Part shown: positions 30,926-39,951 of the stretch, one piece after another
How positions within the stretch are numbered: position 1 is the stretch's first letter
How the letters are laid out: each line of letters starts with the position of its first letter
Source of the DNA: a virus
DNA length: 64,000 nucleotides
IMG/VR virus record: IMGVR_UViG_3300026183_000827
Strand: one strand, 5' to 3'
Position numbers and translations under genes: made by a program
The notes under the pieces: generated by a model
Told to the model about the DNA's origin: nothing
What the model saw: the letters and a program-made list of their open reading frames with translations, nothing else
Databases searched by the model: none

Positions 30926-31429
30926 ATGAAACTGTCAGGGATACTTTTAATTGTTATTATGACGATGGGCGGCATAGGATACTGGTACTATACTGATACA
31001 CAGCGGACTATTGCTGTTCTAACTGAAAACAATGCAAAACTTGAACTGGCAGTTGCAACCAACGAAGAAACAATCAAAACAATGGCGGCGGATTTTGCTG
31101 CCGCCAATAATGAATTAAAAAGAGTTAACGAAGAGTTTAATGCTATTCGTCAACAAAACAACAGACTAGCAAGCAAACTTGCTGATTTTGATCTGGCATT
31201 ACTAGCAGCAAACAAGCCAGCTTCAATCGAACGTGCTGTAAATAGAGGTACTGCAAACGCAGCTAGATGTTTTGAATTACTAGCAGGTGCTGCACTAACA
31301 GAGGAAGAGAAAAATGCAAAGAATGGCGAGTCTTTTAACAAAGAGTGCCCTTGGCTTTATGATAATTATAAGTCTAGCGGCATGCTCAACGACACCACGA
31401 GCAATAACAGTAACCAGCAAACCAATTGA
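30926..31429 (+). CDS. Inner-membrane spanin (Rz-like)
   Basis: N-terminal TM plus coiled coil; follows the endolysin and overlaps a lipoprotein gene. Confidence 0.7.
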   Translation: MKLSGILLIVIMTMGGIGYWYYTDTQRTIAVLTENNAKLELAVATNEETIKTMAADFAAANNELKRVNEEFNAIRQQNNRLASKLADFDLALLAANKPASIERAVNRGTANAARCFELLAGAALTEEEKNAKNGESFNKECPWLYDNYKSSGMLNDTTSNNSNQQTN

Positions 31430-31784
31430 TAAACCTGAGTTAGTGTTACCTGGTGTTGACCCTGTCAACATGCGCCGTGTTGAATGGGTTGTTATCAACC
31501 AAGAAAACATGGAAGAAAAGATTGCTGAACTTACAGCAGGTGGCGCTCCTCTAGCTATGTTTGTACTAACAGCACAGGGTTACGAAAACCTAGGTTTAAA
31601 CTTCTCTGACATCCGTGCAATGGTACAGCAACAACAACAAATTATTCTTGCATACGAAAACTACTACAAAGAAGCAAACAAAGCTCTTGACGATGCAGAA
31701 GCTCAACGTCAAGCAGAAGAAGCAGAAGATGCTGCACGAGAAGCAAAACTCAATAAAGGTATAGACCTAAATCCATTTGATTAA
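31314..31784 (+). CDS. Outer-membrane spanin lipoprotein (Rz1-like)
   Basis: Lipobox LAAC and Pro-rich segment; overlaps the i-spanin 3' end. Confidence 0.7.
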   Translation: MQRMASLLTKSALGFMIIISLAACSTTPRAITVTSKPIDKPELVLPGVDPVNMRRVEWVVINQENMEEKIAELTAGGAPLAMFVLTAQGYENLGLNFSDIRAMVQQQQQIILAYENYYKEANKALDDAEAQRQAEEAEDAAREAKLNKGIDLNPFD

Positions 31785-31785
31785 A

Positions 31786-31794
31786 CGATAAATA
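31786..31794 (+). promoter_or_regulatory. Late promoter CGATAAATA
   Basis: Recurrent motif followed by a GGAGG RBS. Confidence 0.65.
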
Positions 31795-31813
31795 CATTAG
31801 CGGAGGGTAGCTA

Positions 31814-32176
31814 ATGGAAATGATAAGCCGCATGTTTGGTGACACGCTGTGGATATACACAGCAATAGCTGGATCGCTGTTGGGCGCAGCATTTTTAGCG
31901 TGGTTTAGAAATACACACGCAGCATTATACTTAATGTCTAAATTTGATGCACTACTAGATAGTCTAGTAGATCGTTTTGGTTGGGACTTCCTTCAAGACG
32001 ATCCAAATGCTTGGCGTAAAAGATATCCAAAAGTTACTAAAAAAATAGATGAGTTAGAAGAACGCATTCGTCAATTAGAAACTGACAGTCATCCTCCAAA
32101 AGAATTATACGAATTTGAAGTTTGGCCTGAGCTAGATGCTAGGCTAAAAGCATTGGAGAAGAAGCGTGGAAAATGA
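31814..32176 (+). CDS. Membrane protein with one N-terminal TM helix
   Basis: Hydrophobic LWIYTAIAGSLLGAAFLAW. Confidence 0.7.
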   Translation: MEMISRMFGDTLWIYTAIAGSLLGAAFLAWFRNTHAALYLMSKFDALLDSLVDRFGWDFLQDDPNAWRKRYPKVTKKIDELEERIRQLETDSHPPKELYEFEVWPELDARLKALEKKRGK

Positions 32177-32582
32177 AATAATGGGTGCAGGGGGCGTAGG
32201 GCTCGAAATAGCAGAACTAGCAATGCCATTTATCGGAGCATTAGTTGCATTAGTTGTAACACTAATGTTCAAAGACTATGCAACAAAAATTGCAAAGGGT
32301 ATGGCATTTAAAATGAACCCTGCTTTTAAAGAAGGTGACAAAGTTATACTAGACGGTGAAAGAGCTCTTATTGTAAAAATAGGAAATACTGAAACAGTAT
32401 TTGGTATACACAAAGCTAGTGGAGAATTTAAAGGCGATTATATTTGGCGATATGTACCAAATGAAAGAATACCTGCACTAAAGATTGAAAAGATAATTTT
32501 TGATGCGACTCCAGAAGTAAATGAGAGACGTATTAATGAAAATGGGCATAAGATCGACGAACTTATTAAGGAGGGAAAATAA
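32166..32582 (+). CDS. Minimal MscS-like membrane protein
   Basis: TM helix then PAFKEGDKVILDG...IVKIG...YVPN, resembling the MscS middle beta domain. Confidence 0.55.
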   Translation: MENEIMGAGGVGLEIAELAMPFIGALVALVVTLMFKDYATKIAKGMAFKMNPAFKEGDKVILDGERALIVKIGNTETVFGIHKASGEFKGDYIWRYVPNERIPALKIEKIIFDATPEVNERRINENGHKIDELIKEGK

Positions 32583-33004
32583 TGCCACGTAGAAAACCAG
32601 AAGAACTAGAAAGCGCAGTACCAGCAGCTGATCCAGCACCAGCACCAGCACCAGCGCCTGAAGTATCATACGAAAGAATGACAATTGATAGAGGTGCAGT
32701 TCCTGAAAGTGCTGATATGAATGGTGACGGACATATTACTAAGCAAGAAATGGAAATGCATTTAGAATTCAAACGTAAAGAGCTAGAAGACCAAGATGCT
32801 ATGCGTGATGCACAGCGTTCAATGGCTTGGTTTGCTCTATTTGGTATGTTACTGTATCCATTTGCAGTTGTAGCAGCTAGTTATTTCAACCTAGATAATT
32901 CAGCAACTGTCCTTGGATCAATGGCAGCAACATACTTTGTTTCAGTTGCAGCAATTGTGATGGCATTTTTTGGTGCTAACGCTTACTCTGCTAAAGGCAA
33001 ATAA
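32582..33004 (+). CDS. Holin-like membrane protein with EF-hand loop
   Basis: Pro-Ala N-terminus, DMNGDGHITKQE EF-hand, two C-terminal TM helices; lysis-cassette context. Confidence 0.55.
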   Translation: MPRRKPEELESAVPAADPAPAPAPAPEVSYERMTIDRGAVPESADMNGDGHITKQEMEMHLEFKRKELEDQDAMRDAQRSMAWFALFGMLLYPFAVVAASYFNLDNSATVLGSMAATYFVSVAAIVMAFFGANAYSAKGK

Positions 33005-33020
33005 TCACTACTGTTAATAT

Positions 33021-33059
33021 GTAATAGTCCATGCGATAAGTAGTAGTATGGACTATTAC
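33021..33059 (+). repeat. Perfect 12-bp inverted repeat masking the dnaJ start codon, with a late promoter in the loop
   Basis: GTAATAGTCCAT (33021-32) pairs with ATGGACTATTAC (33048-59); CGATAAGTA lies at 33034-42. Confidence 0.8.
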
Positions 33060-33893
33060 TCTATTCTAGGTGTTTCTAAAAATGCTTCTGAAAAAGAAAT
33101 AAGATCTGCGTACAAAAAGAAAAGTATGCAACACCATCCTGACCGCGGTGGCAACGAAGAAGAATTTAAACGAGTAAACGAAGCATATAGCACACTAAAA
33201 GATCCTCAAAAAAGAGGAATATACGATCATTCACAAACTGCTGGCGCCGGCGGGTTTCATTTTAATAGTAATAATTTTTCTAATGGGCAAAATCCTTTTT
33301 CTGGAACACCTTTTGATCATATATTTGGACAAGGATTTGCTCAACAACATAGCAGAACACCGAGAAATAGAGATATACATGTTAGAGCCGAAATGGATTT
33401 AGCAGATGTATTAACTGGTAAAAATGTTGTAATACAGTATAGAACACAAAGAGGTAGAATAGAAACTGTCACTGTTGACATTCCACCTGGTGCCAAACAT
33501 GGCGACACAGTGAGATATACAGAACTAGGAGACGATGGATACGGCCAATATCCTAGAGGTGATTTACACGTTAAGTTATATGTAAAAAAACTTAAAGATT
33601 GGGAGCGAGATGGCAATAATTTAATTACCAAAAAATACATAAATGTATTTGACTTATTGTTAGGATGTGTTACAATAGTTACTACGTTAGACAAAAAAAA
33701 TGTAAAACTTACAATTCCACAAGGCACAAAAATAGGTCAAACATTCAATATTCCAGGATATGGAATACCAGATTTACACACAGGCAAAAAAGGAAATTTG
33801 TATGTAACAATTGATGCAAATATGCCAATAATAAAAGACGAATCTATACTACAACAGATTCGAGACATAAAGAATAAAACAAAAGGTGAATAA
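33048..33893 (+). CDS. dnaJ: DnaJ-class (CbpA-type) co-chaperone
   Basis: DYYSILGV, HPD, G/F region and C-terminal domains; no Zn finger. Confidence 0.93.
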   Translation: MDYYSILGVSKNASEKEIRSAYKKKSMQHHPDRGGNEEEFKRVNEAYSTLKDPQKRGIYDHSQTAGAGGFHFNSNNFSNGQNPFSGTPFDHIFGQGFAQQHSRTPRNRDIHVRAEMDLADVLTGKNVVIQYRTQRGRIETVTVDIPPGAKHGDTVRYTELGDDGYGQYPRGDLHVKLYVKKLKDWERDGNNLITKKYINVFDLLLGCVTIVTTLDKKNVKLTIPQGTKIGQTFNIPGYGIPDLHTGKKGNLYVTIDANMPIIKDESILQQIRDIKNKTKGE

Positions 33894-36142
33894 TGGTTGA
33901 ACCAAGCAAAGAATTACAAATAGTTTTTGATAAAGCTATTAGAGATGCAAAAAATTTAAGACACGAATATGTAACACTAGAGCATTTAGTGTATGCAATT
34001 CTTTGTGAAGAAAAATTTTCTAATCTACTTACTGCATATGGTGCTAATATTGAGTATATTAAATCTAATATTGAACAGTATTTGCGCAACGATCTAGAAA
34101 ACATAAAAATTGATACAAAAAAATTCAAACCAAAAAAAACAAGCACTGTAGAAAGAGTATTGAATAGAGCTTTTACACAGACTCTTTTCGCTGGTAGAAC
34201 CACAATAGAATTAACTGATCTAATTTTAAGTGTTTTGCACGAGAAAAAAAGTATTTCGGTGTATTACTTAGAAAAAGGCGGCGTAGATAAGTCTTCTTTT
34301 GGAGAATTTTTAGACGACGAACAACTAATTGGTGCTGAAGAAGATGACGAATTATCTTCAGAAGCAAAACGTGCATTACGTGCATTTACTTCTAATCTTA
34401 ATGATCAAGTTAAAAAAGGAAAAGTAGATCCAATTATTGGACGCTCAGATGAACTAGAAAGTCTTGCACTTGCTCTTGGACGCCGTAATAAAAATAATGT
34501 ACTAATGGTAGGAGACCCTGGCGTAGGTAAAACTGCTATTGCAGAAGGTCTTGCTTACAAAATTGTAAACAACGAAGTTCCTGAGTTCTTAAAGGAATAT
34601 AAAGTATATAATCTAGATATTGGTAGTATGCTTGCTGGTTCAAAATATCGTGGTGATTTTGAAGAACGGTTTAAACTTGTTATACATGCACTAACTAAAC
34701 AAGGCAAAACTATTATGTTTGTCGACGAAGCACACATGATGATGGGTGCAGGTGCCGCTGGATCGAGTAATGCAAATGATATGGCAAACATGCTTAAACC
34801 TGCACTAACTAAAGGTGATTTAAAAGTAGTTGCGAGCACAACTTGGGAAGAATATCGCAAGTACTTTGAAAAGGATCGTGCGCTAATGCGTCGATTCCAG
34901 CGTGTAGTAATTGACGAACCGACAACAGAAAGTACAAAAGATATTTTACGTGGTTTGAAAAAATATTACGAAGATTATCACGGTACAGAAATTACAGATG
35001 ATGCAATTGATGCTGCTGTTAAATTAAGTGTAAAATATCAAACTGATAAAAAATTACCTGATAAAGCAATTGATCTAATTGATGTAGCATGTAGTAGATT
35101 TAAAGTTAATAATCAAAGTGAAAATATTATAGTAGGCGAAGCTGAAATACAATTTGAACTTGCAAAAATGTTAAAATTGCCAGCGGAACAAGTTGCTGAA
35201 AAAGAAACAGAAAACCTTGCTAATCTAGAAAACAATCTTAAAAAGGTTGTGTTTGGCCAAGATGACGCAATTGAATCAATTGTTGATAAAATACTTGTTA
35301 GTCAAGCAGGACTTAAACCAGATGATAAGCCTATTGGTGCGTTTGTGTTTATGGGCCCAACGGGCACAGGTAAAACTGAAACTGCTAAGGCACTTGCTAA
35401 AAATCTTGGGGTACAACTTGTACGTTTTGATATGTCAGAATACATGGAAAAACATTCTGTTGCTAAATTAATTGGTTCACCTCCAGGTTATGTAGGACAC
35501 GAAGAAAACGGTGGACTATTAATTACCAAATTACAAGAACATCCTAATTGTGTACTATTGTTAGACGAAATAGAAAAAGCACACCCCGACGTTTCGCAAA
35601 TTCTATTACAACTTATGGATAATGGTAAAGTTACAGGTTCGCAAGGCAAAGAAGCAGATGCTCGTAACTGTACTCTTATTCTTACAACTAACCTAGGTGC
35701 TGCCCAAGCAGAGAAAAACTCAATTGGGTTTGACAGCGAAGAAAGTTACGATTATGAAGATACAGAACTAAAGCGTTTCTTCGCTCCAGAATTCCGCAAC
35801 AGACTTGACGGTGTAATTACATTTGCTAAACTAAGCAAAGAAGTAATGATGAAAATTGTTGGTAAGTTCCTGCTTGAACTTAAGAACATGGTTGTTGATA
35901 AAAACATTTCTATTAAGATTACAGATGATGCACTTGATTATCTAGTAGACAAAGGATTTGATCCTAAAAATGGTGCCCGTCCATTACAACGTGTAATTGA
36001 CAAAGATATTAAACGTCCTTTATCACGCCAAATCTTGTTTGGTGATCTAAAGAACGGTGGCACAGTTACAGTTGATTTAAAGGATAATTCAATTGTTCTA
36101 CACACTGCGGAAAAAGAAGAACTTTTAAATGGACATACTTGA
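33893..36142 (+). CDS. clpA: ClpA-type AAA+ unfoldase
   Basis: N-domain HEYVTLEHL and two Walker A motifs (GDPGVGKT, GPTGTGKT); no ClpB M-domain; IGF loop. Confidence 0.93.
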   Translation: MVEPSKELQIVFDKAIRDAKNLRHEYVTLEHLVYAILCEEKFSNLLTAYGANIEYIKSNIEQYLRNDLENIKIDTKKFKPKKTSTVERVLNRAFTQTLFAGRTTIELTDLILSVLHEKKSISVYYLEKGGVDKSSFGEFLDDEQLIGAEEDDELSSEAKRALRAFTSNLNDQVKKGKVDPIIGRSDELESLALALGRRNKNNVLMVGDPGVGKTAIAEGLAYKIVNNEVPEFLKEYKVYNLDIGSMLAGSKYRGDFEERFKLVIHALTKQGKTIMFVDEAHMMMGAGAAGSSNANDMANMLKPALTKGDLKVVASTTWEEYRKYFEKDRALMRRFQRVVIDEPTTESTKDILRGLKKYYEDYHGTEITDDAIDAAVKLSVKYQTDKKLPDKAIDLIDVACSRFKVNNQSENIIVGEAEIQFELAKMLKLPAEQVAEKETENLANLENNLKKVVFGQDDAIESIVDKILVSQAGLKPDDKPIGAFVFMGPTGTGKTETAKALAKNLGVQLVRFDMSEYMEKHSVAKLIGSPPGYVGHEENGGLLITKLQEHPNCVLLLDEIEKAHPDVSQILLQLMDNGKVTGSQGKEADARNCTLILTTNLGAAQAEKNSIGFDSEESYDYEDTELKRFFAPEFRNRLDGVITFAKLSKEVMMKIVGKFLLELKNMVVDKNISIKITDDALDYLVDKGFDPKNGARPLQRVIDKDIKRPLSRQILFGDLKNGGTVTVDLKDNSIVLHTAEKEELLNGHT

Positions 36143-36845
36143 AACAAAAAAGTTATTTTATAACAAGTATGCCTATAAAATTGTAATCTATAATCGTTTA
36201 GCAAGCATATTTAGATCTGAGTTGCAACGTGGAAACAAACTATCCTTTGCAAGAGCAGAATTGGATCGTATGCATGCAGAATACGAAAATGGGTTTCCAA
36301 TAACAAAGCGTGTTTTTAGATCGGATACAATAATACCTACTGAAGATTTTTTTGATGCGCAAGATGTTTATAAAATCTTAAAAAAAACTTCTAACGAGTA
36401 TATGATTAGAATTGGTATTGGGAATGATCTAATCATATACTCTCATAGTAAAGAATTTTTATTATCTATAAGTAAAAAAGTGAGATCTACTAATATTAAG
36501 TTTTATGAACCACATGTTGATATTAAGGACTTTTTAGAGAAAAATAAAGATGTTGTTATAGTTAAAAATCAACCAAAATTTCCTATAAAAGTTATACTTG
36601 GTAGGAAAAAATCTGGTTCAATAGATTTAGCTAATTGGTTAAAATTAAATCATGATAAAAGCAAGGTCGGAAATAAAACCTTGTCTTATTTAGAAGAAAG
36701 TTCATATGTTGACGGTTTATACTTTTATGTGCGCGACGAAAAAGTATTACAGTTAGTTTATCTTATGTGTGGCGATAATATTAGAAAAATTGAAAAACTA
36801 GTTTGGCAACACGAAATAGATAAATATAAGTATGGCAGCGAATAG
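36129..36845 (+). CDS. Hypothetical protein
   Basis: 238-aa ORF overlapping both neighbours. Confidence 0.7.
   Translation: MDILETKKLFYNKYAYKIVIYNRLASIFRSELQRGNKLSFARAELDRMHAEYENGFPITKRVFRSDTIIPTEDFFDAQDVYKILKKTSNEYMIRIGIGNDLIIYSHSKEFLLSISKKVRSTNIKFYEPHVDIKDFLEKNKDVVIVKNQPKFPIKVILGRKKSGSIDLANWLKLNHDKSKVGNKTLSYLEESSYVDGLYFYVRDEKVLQLVYLMCGDNIRKIEKLVWQHEIDKYKYGSE
36819..36826 (+). promoter_or_regulatory. Late promoter GATAAATA, 5 nt before ATG 36832
   Basis: GATAAATA-TAAGT-ATG with no SD. Confidence 0.6.
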
Positions 36846-37176
36846 TGAAATAATTTTATCAGCACAAACACACCCTGGAGACAGCACGACAGAGGCTGTA
36901 ACAGGTGACAAATTCAAAGGTGACGGTTACTACGGTCGTAGTGACGGTCTTCATACCGTTCAATATACATATACAGGATTAACTGGAACAATTGTTATTG
37001 AAGCAACTCTAGCAATTGAGCCGGGAGATAGTGACTGGTTTTATGTTCATTCCTATGTTGCAGCGCAAGAGACTTCAAGTAAAATCCAAAGTATTACAGG
37101 CAATTACGTTTGGATTAGAGCAAAATTATACAACTGGACCGACGGTACAATCAATTCAATAGTATTAAATCATTAA
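36832..37176 (+). CDS. Hypothetical beta-rich phage protein
   Basis: Follows a late promoter; GNYVWIRA-type C-terminus. Confidence 0.7.
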   Translation: MAANSEIILSAQTHPGDSTTEAVTGDKFKGDGYYGRSDGLHTVQYTYTGLTGTIVIEATLAIEPGDSDWFYVHSYVAAQETSSKIQSITGNYVWIRAKLYNWTDGTINSIVLNH

Positions 37177-37185
37177 GGTAAAGAT

Positions 37186-37755
37186 ATGGAACACTTTGTA
37201 AGAATAGTAATGGAAAAACAAGAAGGTGCACAATTATTAGATGAAAGCATCTTTGTAGAACAAGAAATTTACGAAACTGAGCAAGGTGCTACAGTATACG
37301 AAATTGCACTTCCTCGCCAACTAGATGAAGAAGAAGCAGACGAGTATGCTAATCGTTTAGCAAACTATATGTTTGAACAAGGCTACGAAGACTTTGATAT
37401 TGAAATCTCAAACGAGATAGGCGAAGATATTACAGAAGAAACATACGACGGTGATGATTTCTTTTTAGAGTACGGTGTTATGTGGTTCAACGAAGATGAC
37501 GACGAATTAGATGAAGCAGAATATCAAGGACGTAAAGTTAAACTAGGCAAGCCAATGCGTGGTGATGTTAAGAAGTTTAAAGTGTACGTCCGTGACCCAA
37601 AGACTAAGAATGTTAAAAAAGTTAACTTTGGCGATCCTAACATGAAGATTAAAAAGTCTAACCCAGCACGTAGACGTTCATTCCGTGCAAGACACAACTG
37701 TGATAATCCAGGTCCACGTACAAAAGCACGTTACTGGTCATGTAGGAAGTGGTAA
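37186..37755 (+). CDS. Probable internal head protein (acidic N-terminus, basic C-terminal domain)
   Basis: LDE|AEYQGRKVKLGKP...FRARHNC...RYWSC. Confidence 0.6.
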   Translation: MEHFVRIVMEKQEGAQLLDESIFVEQEIYETEQGATVYEIALPRQLDEEEADEYANRLANYMFEQGYEDFDIEISNEIGEDITEETYDGDDFFLEYGVMWFNEDDDELDEAEYQGRKVKLGKPMRGDVKKFKVYVRDPKTKNVKKVNFGDPNMKIKKSNPARRRSFRARHNCDNPGPRTKARYWSCRKW

Positions 37756-37756
37756 C

Positions 37757-38077
37757 ATGCGTTTATTTGAATTTGAAAGAAAAGAAGTTCCATTTGACGT
37801 AGTCGATGATGTTGCAATATACATGCGTAATGATCCTATGATTTATCGTAAACAACTATTTCCTGCAATAATGCGTATGAAAGATTCTTATATGCAAGGT
37901 TCTGCGCCTGATGCTAACGAGTGTTTAGGTGAAGCTTGCGGCAATGCAATGGAATCATACTGTAGTAAATTTAAATTAGGTTCGCCTGAAAATGTTTTCA
38001 AACAAGACGACAAAGATGCACTAATACAAAAGTTATTTTCTGAAGAAATGAAAATGATCAAAGATGGAGCATACTGA
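37757..38077 (+). CDS. Hypothetical protein
   Basis: ATG 37757 follows the upstream stop; N-terminus MRLFE. Confidence 0.65.
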   Translation: MRLFEFERKEVPFDVVDDVAIYMRNDPMIYRKQLFPAIMRMKDSYMQGSAPDANECLGEACGNAMESYCSKFKLGSPENVFKQDDKDALIQKLFSEEMKMIKDGAY

Positions 38078-38793
38078 TGTTATTAAGAGAACTGTTCGAA
38101 GCACCGTCTAAAAAAGCAGTTCTTGCTTTTGGTAGGTTAAATCCTCCAACTATTGGTCATGCAAAATTAGTAGATACACTGAAATCGTATGAAGGTGATC
38201 ATTACCTTTTTCTTTCTCAAAGTCAAAAACCAAAAACAGATCCACTAGACTTTCCAACTAAAATAAAATTTGTAAAAAGTTTTTTTCCTGACATAAATGT
38301 TGGACATCAAAATGTTCGCACACCAGTTCAAGCACTAGAAATGCTACAAAATTTAGGATATACTGATATAATTTTTATTGCTGGTTCGGATAGAGTAGAT
38401 GGTTTTCAGAAACTGTTCGATACATACAATGGTCAACCAGACAAGTCTGGTAATATTCCATTTAGTTTTAAAACAATTAAGGTAGCAAGTGCAGGCGAGC
38501 GTGACCCAGATGCTGGTGATGTAAGTGGCATGAGTGCTAGTAAAATGAGAGCATTAGCAGCACAGGGCGAACTAGAAAGTTTCGCACAGGGTGTACCAGA
38601 TAAAAAACTAGCAAAAACGATGTACGATGCTGTACGTAAAGGTATGGGTATTAAAGATACTGAAACTGTAGAAGATGTTAGTCCAAAAGACGAGAAAAAG
38701 TTCCATAACGAATTAGACAAACTTGTTCACAAGTATTTTGGAGATTCTCCAGACGAGGAGAAGATGAAAAAGAAAATGAAAAAGGCTTACTAA
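38077..38793 (+). CDS. Cytidylyltransferase-like (HxGH-family) nucleotidyltransferase
   Basis: FGRLNPPTIGH, AGSDR and MSASKMR motifs. Confidence 0.85.
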   Translation: MLLRELFEAPSKKAVLAFGRLNPPTIGHAKLVDTLKSYEGDHYLFLSQSQKPKTDPLDFPTKIKFVKSFFPDINVGHQNVRTPVQALEMLQNLGYTDIIFIAGSDRVDGFQKLFDTYNGQPDKSGNIPFSFKTIKVASAGERDPDAGDVSGMSASKMRALAAQGELESFAQGVPDKKLAKTMYDAVRKGMGIKDTETVEDVSPKDEKKFHNELDKLVHKYFGDSPDEEKMKKKMKKAY

Positions 38794-39008
38794 TGGATGA
38801 ACTTGATTATATTAAAAAACTAGCAGGTATTAATGAGTTCAAAGGTTACACAGAATATACTCTTGAAGATATGAGTCAGACTGCAACTGACTTAAAGCAA
38901 ATAGAAAAAGATCGAGGTATTAAACCAGGTGACAAAGAATGGTTTGAATTATGGTTTAGTAAGCCATACATGACAGGACATACTTTTAGAGGACGTAAGA
39001 AAAAATGA
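38793..39008 (+). CDS. Hypothetical protein
   Basis: TAATG-coupled; KKLAGINE motif. Confidence 0.7.
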   Translation: MDELDYIKKLAGINEFKGYTEYTLEDMSQTATDLKQIEKDRGIKPGDKEWFELWFSKPYMTGHTFRGRKKK

Positions 39009-39700
39009 AGATAGCCGTTTTTGGCTGTTCTTGGACTTATGGTGTTCCAATTGAGTGGTCACAAAAAATTACTTCATCTAAGTATCAACACAATATTCCT
39101 AATAATGATTTTGTAAACTGGACTAGAGAATTAGGCAAATTAGATTCTAGTTTAGAAATTTATAATTATGCAGTACCTGGTACAAACATTGAATTTAGTT
39201 TAGGTATGCTTGAAAGATATTTAAAAAACCCATATTGTGATATTACAGTTTTTCAAGCGACTAGACCTTATAGATATACCTATTGGGAACAAAATTTTGA
39301 TGAAAAGTTACACTTTAAAAAGTTTGAAGAAAATGTATACCAATTTAGTGAAAGTTTATTAAACCATGTTACTATAGTCGATCATCACGAAGATAATAAT
39401 TCTATTTTGGACCTAATTAAACATACAGATTCTGACAGTAAATATGTAAAAAATTATTTTAAAAATACTAGTTACGAAATGTTTGAAAATACATATAGAG
39501 CAGTTTTAGAATATGTAAATCGTAATACTGACATATGCTTTGCACACGAGTCTAATCAATATATAACAAATATAGAAGATATATTAGGCAACGATACTTT
39601 TAATAATTATTGTTGCGACATAGGAAAACATTTTGGACACACTGGCGCAAAATGGCAAGCCAAATGGTTATTAGATAAAATAAATACGTATAGAGGATAA
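39005..39700 (+). CDS. SGNH-like protein
   Basis: VFGCSWTYG block I, NYAVPG, and C-terminal DIGKHF. Confidence 0.6.
   Translation: MKIAVFGCSWTYGVPIEWSQKITSSKYQHNIPNNDFVNWTRELGKLDSSLEIYNYAVPGTNIEFSLGMLERYLKNPYCDITVFQATRPYRYTYWEQNFDEKLHFKKFEENVYQFSESLLNHVTIVDHHEDNNSILDLIKHTDSDSKYVKNYFKNTSYEMFENTYRAVLEYVNRNTDICFAHESNQYITNIEDILGNDTFNNYCCDIGKHFGHTGAKWQAKWLLDKINTYRG
39679..39686 (+). promoter_or_regulatory. Late promoter AATAAATA inside the upstream CDS end
   Basis: Followed by a GAGGA RBS. Confidence 0.5.
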
Positions 39701-39704
39701 TAAC

Positions 39705-39950
39705 ATGAGCTTAAAAACTTGGTGGCAGCGTATAACACGAGAAGAATATGAACTTATTATTACTGTTCCTGGCGAAGTAACAATTCATGCTGACGGTGGA
39801 CGTACCGAAAAAAAGTCTCAACAAATATACCATGCAAAAAAGTTAATTAAAACTACTCCTAAACATTTTGTGTTTATAGATATGAACGGCAAACGTAATG
39901 AAATTAAATTTTTAGATCCTGTAGTATTTCACGTAGTAAAGATTTGGTAA
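39705..39950 (+). CDS. Hypothetical protein
   Basis: GAGGA RBS. Confidence 0.7.
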   Translation: MSLKTWWQRITREEYELIITVPGEVTIHADGGRTEKKSQQIYHAKKLIKTTPKHFVFIDMNGKRNEIKFLDPVVFHVVKIW

Positions 39951-39951
39951 T

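Noticed and set aside
32633-32656. CCAGCA tandem repeat as a contingency locus
   Set aside because: It is an in-frame hexamer encoding a Pro-Ala linker, so length change would not shift the frame.
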